A stretch of DNA of 63,949 bases, filler included, from Pelomyxa schiedti (GCA_020536535.1; 5 parts of 5 records of this genome joined end to end with filler, not necessarily neighbours in it), one strand, 5' to 3'. Counted from the first letter of the whole stretch, positions 11,664 to 23,968 are shown. Program-made: numbers and translations. Notes: generated by a model from the sequence alone, not told the origin.

Positions 11664-11775
11664 TGGTTCTTCAATCTTGGGGGAAGGTGGTGTCACAGAC
11701 ACAAGCACCAACTTTGACACAAACACCCACAGGCAGTGACAACCCACGACCATCACCACAGTCACCATCACTCTG
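11664..11775 (-). pseudogene. Internally deleted mosaic remnant of a family B gene
   Basis: Pieces matching 1312-1365, 12431-12467 and ~1990-2011 are joined together; junction at GCACCAA (11705-11711). Confidence 0.7.
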
Positions 11776-11805
11776 CCCCCAAAAGTCAAGTCAGAGTACT
11801 GTTGT

Positions 11806-13290
11806 TCAAGAAATGAGGCATTGTGACTTGGGAGTTGGTTGTGATGTGGGAGAGGGAGGAAGGAATGGAACAAAGGGAGGGAATGACACAGACACGAGCA
11901 GTAACCCAGTGAGTGCATCGACGATGCCGGCCACATACCCTGCCTCTGAGTTTGAAGTGGTAGTAGTTGCAGAAATACTCGTGACAATGATTCCTTGCGA
12001 AGTGGAGATAGGCCTCACTGACTCGCAGCAGGGAATGGACATCACAGGTGTCTGGAGGTTGTCAATGCGATACACCTGAGTGATGGGGTTCTTGTCAACT
12101 GACATGGCAATGTGAGCAGGTGTCACAGGCCAAACAACCCCTGAAAACCGCTCTTCCATTGTCACTCTCGTCACTGTGTTGAACACAACGTACTTGGAGT
12201 CGGTGTGGCACAGAACTCGGATCGGGTCATCAACAAACACCGCAACTGTGATGGAGTACGGCAGCTCAACTTGTTTCACCACGCACAGACTCTTCTGATC
12301 AAAGCTTGCCCTCAAATCCACACACAGAACTAGCCCAAGTGCCAAAGCCTTTCTGCACAGAACAACGAGCAGGTGATCACTCTCCCGAATAGACAGCGCC
12401 ACCGGGTCTGACATGGCGTCCTTGCACTCAGCACCAACTTTGACACAAACGCCTGCTGGAAGTGACCACGCACTGCCCTCGTAACCACTTTGAGAACCAC
12501 GGGGCCGTTGAGCCCCGCTTTGGTGTACATCAGTGCCACCAGAACCACCACCACTACAGTCGCCATCACCATCGCTCAGCTTCCACACAATCACCCCACC
12601 AGAGGAGGAGTGTGTAACAACAATCCACCTTGTGTTGCAGTGGTCAACCAAAGAGTTCCCCAGCCAACTGAACAGTAATGACTCCAGCCTCCCATCGCCC
12701 CTCATGACCCATAAGCACTCCCACGCCGGCTGCACGCTGCACATAACGACGTACCTCCGACGCCCGACGTATCCCCTGATCTCGGCCTGCTGGCAATCCC
12801 AGGGCCCCTGCTGGGACAGCAGCGACTTCTGCGGAGGCAGCTGGGCCAACGACTTGTTGTAGTACAGCTGGCCTGGGCTCGGCGCCACGTACGCGGGCAC
12901 GCACGCGAGGCCGCTGACGCCCATTGTGGGAGACACCGTCATCATCACGTGCACGCAGTGGGCGCCTCGCACCGACTCCACACTCACGCCCACCACCCGG
13001 CGGTGTCCTCCTCCACGTCCACCGCTGAGATCTGCCGTACCGCCTGGGGGAATGTGGACCCAGGGGCGGCCGATGTGGGCGGCGAGGACCGAGGGGGGCA
13101 CGACGCGGGCCGGGCTGCGGGCGCCGCATCTGGGCACGACGGAGGCCGCGGCGAGGGCCACGAACTGGTCCCGCGACGACAAAAAAGCGTGGCACCACGA
13201 CTGGACGTCGACGCCTGCGCCTGTGTCCTCGTGGATGCTGGTGCCCAAAGGGTGTTCGACGACAACACATGGTTTTCCTCCACCGTTCAT
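11806..13290 (-). CDS. Family B intronless protein (~494 aa) ending in CaaX motif CLIS
   Basis: ATG 13290 (MNGGGKPC..SSRDQFVALAAASVVPRCGARSP); colinear paralog of 1237-2724; tail PSPTSQPTPKSQCLIS*. Confidence 0.85.
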   Translation of the reverse strand: MNGGGKPCVVVEHPLGTSIHEDTGAGVDVQSWCHAFLSSRDQFVALAAASVVPRCGARSPARVVPPSVLAAHIGRPWVHIPPGGTADLSGGRGGGHRRVVGVSVESVRGAHCVHVMMTVSPTMGVSGLACVPAYVAPSPGQLYYNKSLAQLPPQKSLLSQQGPWDCQQAEIRGYVGRRRYVVMCSVQPAWECLWVMRGDGRLESLLFSWLGNSLVDHCNTRWIVVTHSSSGGVIVWKLSDGDGDCSGGGSGGTDVHQSGAQRPRGSQSGYEGSAWSLPAGVCVKVGAECKDAMSDPVALSIRESDHLLVVLCRKALALGLVLCVDLRASFDQKSLCVVKQVELPYSITVAVFVDDPIRVLCHTDSKYVVFNTVTRVTMEERFSGVVWPVTPAHIAMSVDKNPITQVYRIDNLQTPVMSIPCCESVRPISTSQGIIVTSISATTTTSNSEAGYVAGIVDALTGLLLVSVSFPPFVPFLPPSPTSQPTPKSQCLIS

Positions 13291-13554
13291 TCGGCTGAAT
13301 AAAATAATCAACAGACCGGAACGCTGTAGAATTCAGCCATTCTGTTTTGTGTCACTGGAATCAGTCATGTCTTGATGGCGGAAACACGTGCACACAGTTG
13401 CCGCCGTGGTGCGAGGTCACAGCACCCCCAGTGCTCGGGGGTACGCGTGGCTGTGCCTGATGTGGCGTGCACGTCAAGAGTGCTTGTGACAATGACTCCT
13501 TGTTGGGTGACAACGGAGCTCACATAATTTCCTGTCAATGCCGCATCACCCAAG

Positions 13555-13579
13555 TGACGTCAATGTTACATTGACGTAA
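13555..13579. promoter_or_regulatory. 21-bp palindrome overlapping two CRE/bZIP-like sites
   Basis: acgtcaatgt-t-acattgacgt (13557-13577); TGACGTCA at 13555 and TGACGTAA at 13572; ~270 bp upstream of the ATG at 13290. Confidence 0.35.
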
Positions 13580-13613
13580 CATCCACATGTGTGGTTGGAT
13601 TTTATTGTTCTAG

Positions 13614-15213
13614 TTACAAGTCACATACATGCTTGGCTTTGGCGGCCAGGTACGGGGGCTGTAGAGCTCTTGTTGCCACTGATAGCCCTTTTTCTATGTT
13701 CTCTGGTGTGAGGCCATTATAGTATCCACCGGATACTTTGTGCCACAAATGTAGACTGCGGACAGTATTATTTGGGGTGTAAAATTGCAAATGCAGAAAA
13801 TACTTACACCCAAGAATCATCTAAGACCGTTGTTGACGGTTCAAATATTACGCCAAGGGAATTCCAATTCCCAAAATAAAAGGCATCTGTGTGCCATAAC
13901 TTCATGTATGGGAAGTCTGCATTTGACACACAAGCGTGTGTCAGAAGGTCCACACTGTGACCGGCCCAACCTTGGGTACCGTTAGCGGAAACAAGAAATA
14001 AGGGTGCAACTTCCGCCTGAATGTCCGTAAGAATAGCCCATTGTGTTCCACATGCTGCAGATGATGCAGTTTCCAGGACTTGCCATCATTACGGCGACAT
14101 TATACCGGGGCCTACAATAGCATTAATACCGGGGCCTACAGGAGTAAGTTTGAGCGGATACCCTCCAGATTTTTCTTGCGCCAGGCACAGAGAGTAATTG
14201 GATAGTAAGTCGTCCAGAGGCTTCAAAACAATGGCGTCAAAATCCAAGTAAACACCCCCATCCTCACATAAAACCTGGAAGTAATAAGAGGCAAACACTC
14301 ACTAAAGGAAGGAGGAGACTTTGAATCGGATAAAATCAGATCTGTGCGCTGCTAACGAGGTTGGTACACCTCCAACACTTGAGGGGACATTCACCAAAAT
14401 AACTTCATTGATCAATTCCAGTGCTGCGCTCCACCAGCATCCTGTAGAAACGCCACCAAAGGCGGAGTCTTGAACATAGAGTCGAATTCTAACATTTTCT
14501 CCTTGATGAACGCGGATTGCCTGAACTGCAAGAAACTCAATGAAACTGAGGAGAATAAAAAAAAGAAAAAAAAACTAACATAAAAACAACTGCACCTCGG
14601 AGAGAGAAGGAAATTCCAACCTTAGAGAGCTTGAATCCGTTTTTACAAGAAAGTAAGTGTCAGGAATTCCCGGCATTGTTTTCCTTGCGGAAACAGGGAA
14701 ATCAGTGTCACCCTGTCCCTTGCAAACAGAACCATAGTAATCGTCAAAGTGCTGATCAGAACGAACCGACAGCTTCACGGAATCCTTGACGATCACGCCC
14801 CTCGGCAGCCGGGCTTCTGATTCCGCAGAGCGAGATGTTGAGGCCGAAACGGAGCGCGACGATGACAGCGATGAAGAATACGAAGACGAGAAAGAATCGC
14901 TGGACGACGACGACGAATGGCTCGACGACACCGACGACGAAGACGAGGAGGCGGAGGAGGAAGATGAGTCCGAAGATGAAAGCGAATGATGGGACGACGA
15001 GTACGAGGGCGTACCGCGGCCGTGCTCGGGGTAGGGGTGGGCGTGAGGCCGGCCCCGCGAGCGGGGGTCCGTCTCCTCGTCCGGCCGAGTGGCGGGCGCC
15101 CGGACACCGTCGTTGTCGCCTCGGCCGGTGGTGTAGATGGCCTGCAGTCCCACAATGCCGAGTACAACAGCAACTCCGATAGCCACCATCACCCATTTGC
15201 ACGGAGGCCGCAT
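13614..15213 (-). CDS. GT32-family (alpha-1,4-glycosyltransferase-like) DXD glycosyltransferase, type II membrane protein, multi-exon
   Basis: MRPPCKWVMVAIGVAVVLGIVGL signal anchor; Ser-rich stem; AAHRSDFIRF; GGVYLDFDAIVLKPLDDLL; SLHLWHK. Confidence 0.85.
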
Positions 15214-15408
15214 CGGAGGCACCGTTACAAACGATCGGTTGGATTTTGGCGATTTCTCAGAAAGAGACCACCACCAGCACACTGCCAGTCTACAGGCGGT
15301 GGTTCCAATGTCATTCATGTACACTGTACCCTGTGTTACTGTTCCTTGTAGTTGGATGTCCACCAAGAAGGAAAATAAAAAAAATTGCAACAGATAGCAG
15401 ATACGTAG

Positions 15409-18400
15409 ATGTCGGCTGCCGAAAGCACCAAGCCTGTTGAAAAGACATCGGCGGCCTCTACGACTACGGCCAAGAGATTCACTACGATACCGCCGTACCA
15501 ACACGGCGTATGCTCTATAGGTACCCCCGCCCGTTTTTTTTTAAAAAAACAAATCTTTAAACGGCAAAATGCCTGTTGTTGCTGTATTTACAGCCACATG
15601 TACATACATAATGTGTTGTAGAATATGCCAAGAGCGGGAGGGCCAAGTGCCACGGTTGCAGTGAAAATATTGACCAAGGTGATCTGAGGATAGGTGCCGA
15701 GGCAAAATCAACATTCCACGATGGATGGTGTGTGTCTTTTTTTTTTTTTTTTTTGCTCTTAGTTACTATTACTATTATTTATTTATGATGTACTTTTATT
15801 GTAGGGATATTTCGTGGTACCATCTGGATTGTTGCAACTTGGAAGATGAGGAGTGCCCTATTTTCAAGAGTATCACTGAACTCAAGGTGACTTCTTTCGT
15901 TTATCTTTGTGGGATTGGTGGAAACGTGGATGATGGGCTGTTCTGTCTTGACCTTTGTGTCCTAGGGTTGGGAGATGTTACGATGGGATGATTACAAGAG
16001 AATCACGAAGGAACTTGATGAGGAAACACCCAAGGTAATAGATTTGCATGTTTTCTGATAATTTACCTTCGAAAAGGGACCAGATGAAGAACGAAGAAAG
16101 AAGGTCCGAAATCCTTTTAATTTCCATTTGTTTTACTGCAGAGCGTAACCCACACAAAAGGAAAATCAGCAACTATGGGACCTTAAAGATGAGCTTTCTT
16201 CTGTACCACAGAAAGTTCTTAAGGACATGCTAGTTGCAAATCAAATTGACATTGAGAAAATCTCACCTGACCGAGCAATCCACAAGTCGGCAGATGGAAT
16301 GTTGTGGGGTACCTATTTGCGCATCTTCATTTGTTTTTTGGTGTTCAGCCCCTTTTAAGTATAACCCTTCCCAAGGAAAGCTGGGATTGTGCCCATTTTG
16401 CAAAGACCACAGAATGTCCTACAATGGGTTTGAATATTCCTGCCATGGTTGGGCACCTGGAGGGTATGTCACTTACAAGCCATTCAACTCAAAGGTGCAA
16501 ACTATAATAGGTTTTCGCGGTGCACATTTGTTGCCAATGATTTTCCACGTTACAGATGGATCATTCCAGATGAAGTAAAATCCAAGGCCTTTTTCAAAAA
16601 GTGGAAGTACCCACCTGGACACCCAACCCAGCCCTTGCCAGGTTGTGTTGTTTGTTGTCATGCAACCTAACGTACTCTCAGCTGTTCCCATCACTCCAGT
16701 GAGCTCCGCTCCATCTGGGGCCACTGAATCACAATCAGTAAGTGGAGTGGCAACCACAACAGCAACAACCTGCACGTCCACGTCCGCTGAAACGGCTGCT
16801 CCTCCACCTCCAGATGAAACCGTTCATGATGGCCCTGAAGATGAAGTACCTTTAGGCTTGGAGTGCTTTGGCATTCGAGTTGTGAGTGCAGGTATCAATT
16901 ATGTTCCTGAAAGCTCCCTTGGAGGTTTTTTCTTACGACTTCTAGGTTCTCAAAGGGACCTTCAGTTGTCGAAAACTGAAATTTCCAACATGGTTATTCA
17001 ACATGGCGGTACATTCACTGACAACCCCAACGGTGCAAGTGTCATGGTTTCCTGTGCAAAAGAAATTAGCAAGTGAGACCTTTCAAAAATTCTTGGCTGT
17101 TACAAACCTTATCCAATAGGGCAAATAAAACAAAGAAAGTTGCTGATGCTCTGGACACAATTCCTGTCTTAGCTTTGGAGTGGTTGTTCAACTTATGTGA
17201 GAGGTATTTTCTCAACACGGTCACAGCATTTTCATGGTATTGCTCGTTTAGGAAGAATGAGGGGATACAACTCCGGCAAAATGAAGTTGCAAAGAAGTAC
17301 CTCCTTCCTGGTGCTGAAATGTTCAGTCAACCTATTGCTGATAAGTACTTTGCCCCAAAGCCACTGACAACATCTGTTCAAGTTAACAGCCATGCATTGT
17401 AGGAATAACTTACATAAATTACCAGGTTGCCCCTCCAGCCAATGATGAAGCATCGAGGAAACGGGCACCCGTAGCAAAAAAGCAGAGCCCCAAGCCTGGC
17501 TCCGGTATCTCTGCTGACTTTGCTTTCTCTTTGTTTCACTCTTCTCTATCAAGATGTGCTTAAGGTAGATCCTGAAGCTGGTGCCGGTGAAATTCTGGTT
17601 GTGAAAGATGACACGTACGTATCGTAGCAGTTTTTCCTTCCTTCTCGAACCTGATTTCCTACAGGCTTGGCTATGTACCATACTCTGCAGTTCTCAATAT
17701 GACTGATATAGGAGCTGGTACCAACAAGGTTTCTTTCTCAATTCCGTGAAGTTCTCCTAACTCTTTTCCAACACTATAGTTCTACAAACTTCAAGTGATT
17801 AAGGTAGAGTCGAAGACAATCGCAGGGGGTTTTAAAAACAAAAATTAATTAAAAATTTCTAACACAAAACTGAACCGTTTCAATAGGACCGCAACGGCTA
17901 CAAATTCTTTATAAAGTGGGGTCGCACTGGTACTGACGTTGGTGATAAAAGGATTTATGAGCATCACTCCAAATCAGAGGCTATAGACGCCTTTGAGATA
18001 AAGTTCAAAGAAATGACGGGCAATTTGTGGGAGGAAAAGGCCTTTTTCGAAAAGAAAGGAGGTACTAAGAGGAGTAGCTATGGAATTTTTACTAATGGAT
18101 CCCAATGAACAGGAAAATACTTCATGGTCGAACTTGATGATGGTAATGAAAATGCCGCAGAGCTAGAAGAAGTAGAAAAGAGGCGTGCTTCCAAGAAGGC
18201 CAAACTTGCTTCAGCTGGGGCTGTGATACCATCGGCATTGGTATGTGTGTCTCTTCAGCATGCTCTTTCTAATGGTGATGTGCAGCAGATGGATGGGCGA
18301 TTGCGGTCTTTGGTTTCCCTTATCTTCGATAAGGAAATGATGAAATCTCAGCTCAAATCTATGGCTGTAGATGTAAAAAAGATGCCGGTGTGTGAAACTA

Positions 18401-19878
18401 CTTCAATTCCTAGAGATACGTGACTGATCATGCTCACAGTTGGGTAAAATCTCGAAGACCCAAATTCAGAAAGCTTATGCTGTATTTTCCCTCTTTCATT
18501 ACATTTCCACTCAGTAGAAATGTAGGTTCTGAACAGTATCACAGAAACACTACAAGCCCCACAAACTCCTCAAACCGAGATGAGATTCCTCGATGCCTCT
18601 AACAGGTAAGCATGCAGTACGGCAAAAATTCCCTGTTCACCTAATTCAGGTTCTATACTCTAGTGCCTCATGACTTTGGTGGTGCCAATCCACCGATACT
18701 CAACAATGATGAGCTGGTAAAACAAAAGACGAATCTACTGGATGTCTTGTGTGACATTGAAATTGCCAACTCCCTTATGGCGTATTTCTCTACCCTGCTA
18801 TTGTATAAAATAGTAACTTGTGTTAAATAAATCAGGGAGTCGGAAGGTGGTGAGGGGGATAAAACTTTGCAGAACTATCAATCACTCAAGACGAGAATCA
18901 CCCCACTTGACAAAGCCGGTTTTAAATTTCTCTTTGACTTTAGTATACTCACATGCAAAAGGAGAAAGATACCGCCTGCTTGAGGAGTATGCATACAATA
19001 CACATGACCCAGGGTTTGCAAAGAGTTGGACTTTTACTGTCGATGATATATTCGAGATTGAAAGGTATATCATAATTTCCTCAGTGCCGAAATGTAATAA
19101 TGTTATTCAGGGAAGGAGAAAAAGAGCGATTTGGGCCATGGGCAAACAATGCCAACAGGCAGCTCCTTTGGCATGGCAGTAGGCTTACAAACTATGTTGG
19201 AATTTTGGTACCCACCCATTACCTGCAATCAAAATAAAATCTAACAATTGTATAGTCCCAAGGCATGAGGATTGCGCCGCCAGAGGCCCCAAAAACCGGA
19301 TACCGGTTTGGAAAGGGAGTCTACTTTGCCGATTGCGTTTCAAAGAGTTGTACTTACTGCTTTGCCACAAGAGAAAACCCTGTGGTATCTTACCTACTGT
19401 ACCAAATGGCCATTCCGCGCACCTCACAATTTTAAAGGGAGTGATGATTCTCAATGAAGTAGCAATTGGAGTTCCTAACAAAGTTGAAAGAGACACGGTA
19501 AGTTGATTCTCACAAGTTTCACAACGTACAAACGGAAACAATAGTACATGGAAAGTGCCCCTACCGGAACTGACTCTACATGGGCACTTGGAATGGCAGG
19601 ACCTGACCCGGTTGCCGACATTGTCATGTGTGTTTATTTCCCACCACACGTCATTGACGATGTTCTTATTCTTTCCCAGTGACAATGGAGTCAAAGTACC
19701 GAAGGGAAAGATAGTCAAAACAGGGCTCAAGACAGCCTGCTCACACAACGAATTCATTGTCTATAAAGTCCCCCAGGTAAAATCCCACAAACTGGTAGTT
19801 TACCTCTTCTCACTGTTATTCTTCATTCAGATCAACATCCGCTACCTGTTGCGTGTCACCTTCCAGTTCCATTCATAG
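15409..19878 (+). CDS. PARP1: Poly(ADP-ribose) polymerase, PARP1-like (zf-PARP, PADR1, BRCT, WGR, regulatory and catalytic domains), many introns
   Basis: Exon 1 (15409-15520) splices to [13 protein letters not shown]; DGMLWG/CPFCK; FYKLQV..KWGRTG; [11 protein letters not shown]; [10 protein letters not shown]; [12 protein letters not shown]; HNEFIVY (H-Y-E triad); [11 protein letters not shown]. Confidence 0.93.
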
Positions 19879-20340
19879 AACAGCCCCTATCATCAATCAA
19901 AAAAATTAAAAAACGAAAACAAATGGCGTTTGAACAGGCAGCGATTACGTAATCAGTAGACAGTGCAAAGGCCGAACCTCATATGTAATTTCTAAAGGAA
20001 AAAACTAAAGAACGACGTACTCAAGTGGTGATGCCGCAGCCATTTTTGCGCCTGTTGAGGTTCTTTTACCCGGCACTGGGACTTGTGAGTAGTATCGCTC
20101 CACTTATCATTGCCATTATTATTTATGTTGGTTGTTGCTTCCGTGCTTTTCTGTTTCTTGTTTTTTTGGCAGTACTCCCCTGCTCGCTAATGGGGTTTTT
20201 TTTTCGGAGACATAATTAATGCCCCTGCACATGCGTTTGTACATCGAGACGTGAGATCTAGGCATTTCTTTTATTTATCTTGTGTTGTCTGTCACAACTA
20301 CATAACAAGAGAATCTGACTCTTTTTCCATTACTATCTGT

Positions 20341-22190
20341 ATGTCGTTTTTCATCTCCAAGAAGGACCGTGAGAAAGATAGAGAAAGGGAGAGGGAACGA
20401 GAGAGGAGGTCAACAACGATCCAAGTATGTTGTAGCATGGATCTCTAGCCTGCCGTTGTGAATAATATTCTTCTCACAGATAGTGGTTGTTCATTCACAC
20501 TCTGGGGGCAAGCGTGTTTGGGATTACCTCAAGTACCACCTTTTAATTATGTGAATTCCATTAATACACAGCAGGGTTTTTCCTTCCTTGACTTTCTTTG
20601 ATATTTACCCTTTGTAGACCCACTGGAACGAATTTGGCACAACGAAGATAAATATAACTCACCAGCGGTATGGTACCTCGATTTTTCTTTCTTGTTTAAC
20701 AGAAATCAAAGAGATTTCAACCTGGACTCGTTAATCAAGGCCAATCCAGATATTGTTATTTGCAGGTACAATGTGGCACAGCCACCGTTGTCTAAAGCAA
20801 CCTTAGTGACCCAGCTGGTGCACCCTATCAGTATTCAGGTATTGTATACTAATCTGATTTCGAAGTGCTAAAGAAGAATTGAAGAACAAGAAATCACTGA
20901 TCTTTATACGTTTATAACTTCTGGAGTGAACCGCCATTTAATTGGTAGGATAACACACTGCAGTTTCTATTGCTAACAACTTAACAAGGAACTTATGCCA
21001 CGTTCTATCATCAAGGTAGTGCTTCCTTTGGCTTTTGCCATTACTTCTAATTTCTCCCCTTCTCCGATTTCTTGTTAACGCCCGTTTTCTGTGTCTTCCT
21101 TCTTTTTCTTCAATTGTTTTCTGTACTGTATTGTGTCGCAGAGGGACCAACAGACAAACCCCATATTTATGGTATTTCACTGTTAATCTTTTTAATGTGT
21201 TTACGTTTTGTAGATAACCGAAGGTTTTTTTTTGGAAATTCACTACCACATACCTTACAAAAGTCAGACTGGCTGCTCTCTTCGGGTTAGATAGTGAACT
21301 TGGCTATACAACAAAAAAATTGAACATTCTGAACCCACGATATGAAATACTTGTATTAGCCAATGTGTCGCCGCAGTTGTCTGACATTTCTTAGCCGCCT
21401 TACCATGACTCGATTCTTTGGCGTGGAGTGAGCTCACCATATATATCTGGTTTGTATTGTTTACTGAATCACGTCCTAACATTAGCACAGAAGGTTACTC
21501 CTCAACTCAAGTTCCAACCACAGGTGGAGAAATATTATTCACCCTAAGGGGAAGACTAAAGTATCTCATTAGGGACACCTCAGCTGTTACCTACACCGTG
21601 GATAGATGATAATGGTCAAATCCGAGGTGCAGCCGAAAATGTTGTCTTGCTTGCAAAATCACTGTATGCTCTTGTCCTTCCTTCCTAACGGTAACGCTTG
21701 GCACAGGGATGACATGTGCATTATTACAAACTACTTGACATCGAACTTTAGCTCTATTTATATATGTATGTTGTAGCAGCACGTATATAAAAGTAACCTA
21801 TTCAGCACACATGCCCGAGTATGAATCGATTAAGAGGGATAAGGAAGACCTACAGCTCCTATATAACAGCTTTATCTTCTTGTTTAATCAAGGTTGAGCC
21901 CTTTCCTTGACCAACGGTAGTTTGACAACAAAAGCAGGATTGGCCAACACCTCTCTTGTGTCTTTATGCACGGAAGCTATCGCAAAGCAGATTGGATCAA
22001 GCCTTGTGCCCAGCAAAATGAGTCTTTATGACGTTCCCTCTGATCTTCTCGAGAAATTGTACAATGAATGTGCGTACTCTCTTCCTCTATGCTCGCCCAA
22101 ACTAACTCTAACACAGTGAAGCTTCTCGGCAAGTTGGATTCCAAGACCAAGACCTTATTCCCCTGCACCCTGACAGCCTCAGAAGAGTGA
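20341..22190 (+). CDS. Multi-exon hypothetical protein with an N-terminal RE/KD repeat
   Basis: MSFFISKKDREKDRERERE, followed by short exons bounded by GT/AG (e.g. DFNLDSLIKANPDIVIC, KTKTLFPCTLTASEE*); exon set uncertain. Confidence 0.5.
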
Positions 22191-22385
22191 TCGACTGTTC
22201 TTTTAAAATCAATGGCCTCCTACCCTTGGGATGTACATACAACATACTCAAAGACTGTGGGAATTAAACTACCCACATAACCAAGTTAATTGAGGGGAAA
22301 AAATTCGTTTTCTTCTGTCTATCAAACATTATGTTTATTTTGATACACTTGGTTTTTTTGGGGAGTACTCCCACATCGCCACTGT

Positions 22386-23793
22386 TTAGGCGCCCGAGGC
22401 TTCTTTTGCTGATAGTTGCGAAAGTACCTCCGCTGTGACATCCTTTATGAGTGCTCGGACGTTGTCAGTGTTTGTGGCACAGAGGTTGTGCGTGGCAACT
22501 ACCTTTTTGCCTGATGATGCTATGAATTTGTCTCGGATGAACTGCGACGCCGCGTTGGTGTCGGTGCCTAATTTGAAATGAGTTGCTGTGAAAAGGAGAA
22601 GGGAAAAAGGAACAAGGGGGATAAGAAAGGGGATAGAGGAGTGGAACCTTTGAAGTCTGGGAACCGCGACGCGAAGGTTCCATCACTGACTTTCTGATCA
22701 AAGATGTCCTCTTTGTTTAGAACCAAGATGAAGGGAGTGTTCGGGAAAGCGGTATGTTCACATGTATCTTTAAATAGTCTTAGTGATTCTTCAAGCCGAT
22801 TTGTTGAAGAATCTTCGTATCTTATTCGGTTGAGTTTAATAAATGGAAAAATGGAACTCACAGCAATAGGTCAAACTCACTGAGAGCAACAACAAACAAA
22901 ACAGCGGCAACATCATCAAAGCAATTTATCCATTTCTTGCGTTCGCTTCTTTGCCCTCCTACATCCACTAACCTATGTTTCTCCTCGTTACATACAACTG
23001 GGGCATTGAGATATATATTACTTGAATCGAGTTTCGTGGGCAGTAAAGTCAATGTCACTCACACCACTTGTTTTTACTCTGGATAGTAGAATATCTTGTA
23101 CCGTTGGCGTGTATTCTGGTAGTGCTGTGCGATCCGCGTTATCTAAGAAACTGAATTCCTTAGGGCAAGGCGTGGAAAGGAGATGCTCATACTAGGCTGC
23201 ATTGTCGAGCAATTGGAACTCTGATCTCCGTTTGTATGCTTCTTTTATTGCGGGGTCATTTTTCCACAATGCGGATATGTGTACAGCAAATGTGGGAGGA
23301 TAGGGGGCTCGGATCACTTCATACTGTGGGTCCATTACCGCATTTGCGGCGTCCTGCAAATGTACGTGAGAATAGGGGGGCGGCAAACGTGGGCGCACAG
23401 TTTGAGCTAGAGTAAGGCCCATGTTTCCAGCAGCAGTAACAAGAGACCGAATTGAACCAAGCGTGTTGTTAAGAATACTCAGTTTCGCAACCATGCGCTC
23501 TTCTTCTGACAAGCCATCACAGTGTAGAATTTTTGCCTTTGTTTGTTTTTAAGTAAAAGTCAAGAGCGGAGGTATTTGGGAACAAACCTGCTTGAATATT
23601 GTTGTCTTTCCAGACTCACCGGCTCCTGTAAAGAAAAAAAATAATAAGACCGGCCAAAAATAAAAGGCGACGAACCGAGGAGCAACAGTTTGACTATGCG
23701 TTGCTCGGCGAGGTGGTCCTTGCGTAACTGGCGGTTAATTTCGTCGTTGTGCCTCGTTTGCTCCTGCGACTCGGCGCTACTCCCGCACCCCAT
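22386..23793 (-). CDS. Heterotrimeric G-protein alpha subunit, multi-exon
   Basis: MGCGSS (myristoylation/palmitoylation start); KLLLLG|AGESGKTT; SRVKTSG; [12 protein letters not shown]; LNKEDIF; LCATNTDN. Confidence 0.96.
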
Positions 23794-23968
23794 CTATCCC
23801 TATTCTTTGCGATACTATGTACCGGTGCGCGAGATCTGCGTTCAACAACAACGCACCACGTAGTGCCGATTTGATTTGCGTTTTGTGTGTTTTCGAGAAA
23901 CGAAAGTGTCCGGCAAACACTCCAAATCAAGACTCAGGACACAACTGTCAAAGTATTTAGGGGGTGTG

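Noticed and set aside
14102-14140. 15-bp direct duplication (ataccggggcctaca) as an insertion-site duplication
   Set aside because: Only 9 bp apart inside the GT32 gene; simple local slippage with no element between the copies
14786-14989. Highly acidic D/E ORF on the plus strand
   Set aside because: Antisense reading of the poly-Ser stem of the GT32 gene
15569-15626. ATG at 15569 or 15624 as the PARP start
   Set aside because: Neither joins the zinc-finger frame; ATG 15409 with intron 15521-15621 gives CSIEYAKSGR in frame
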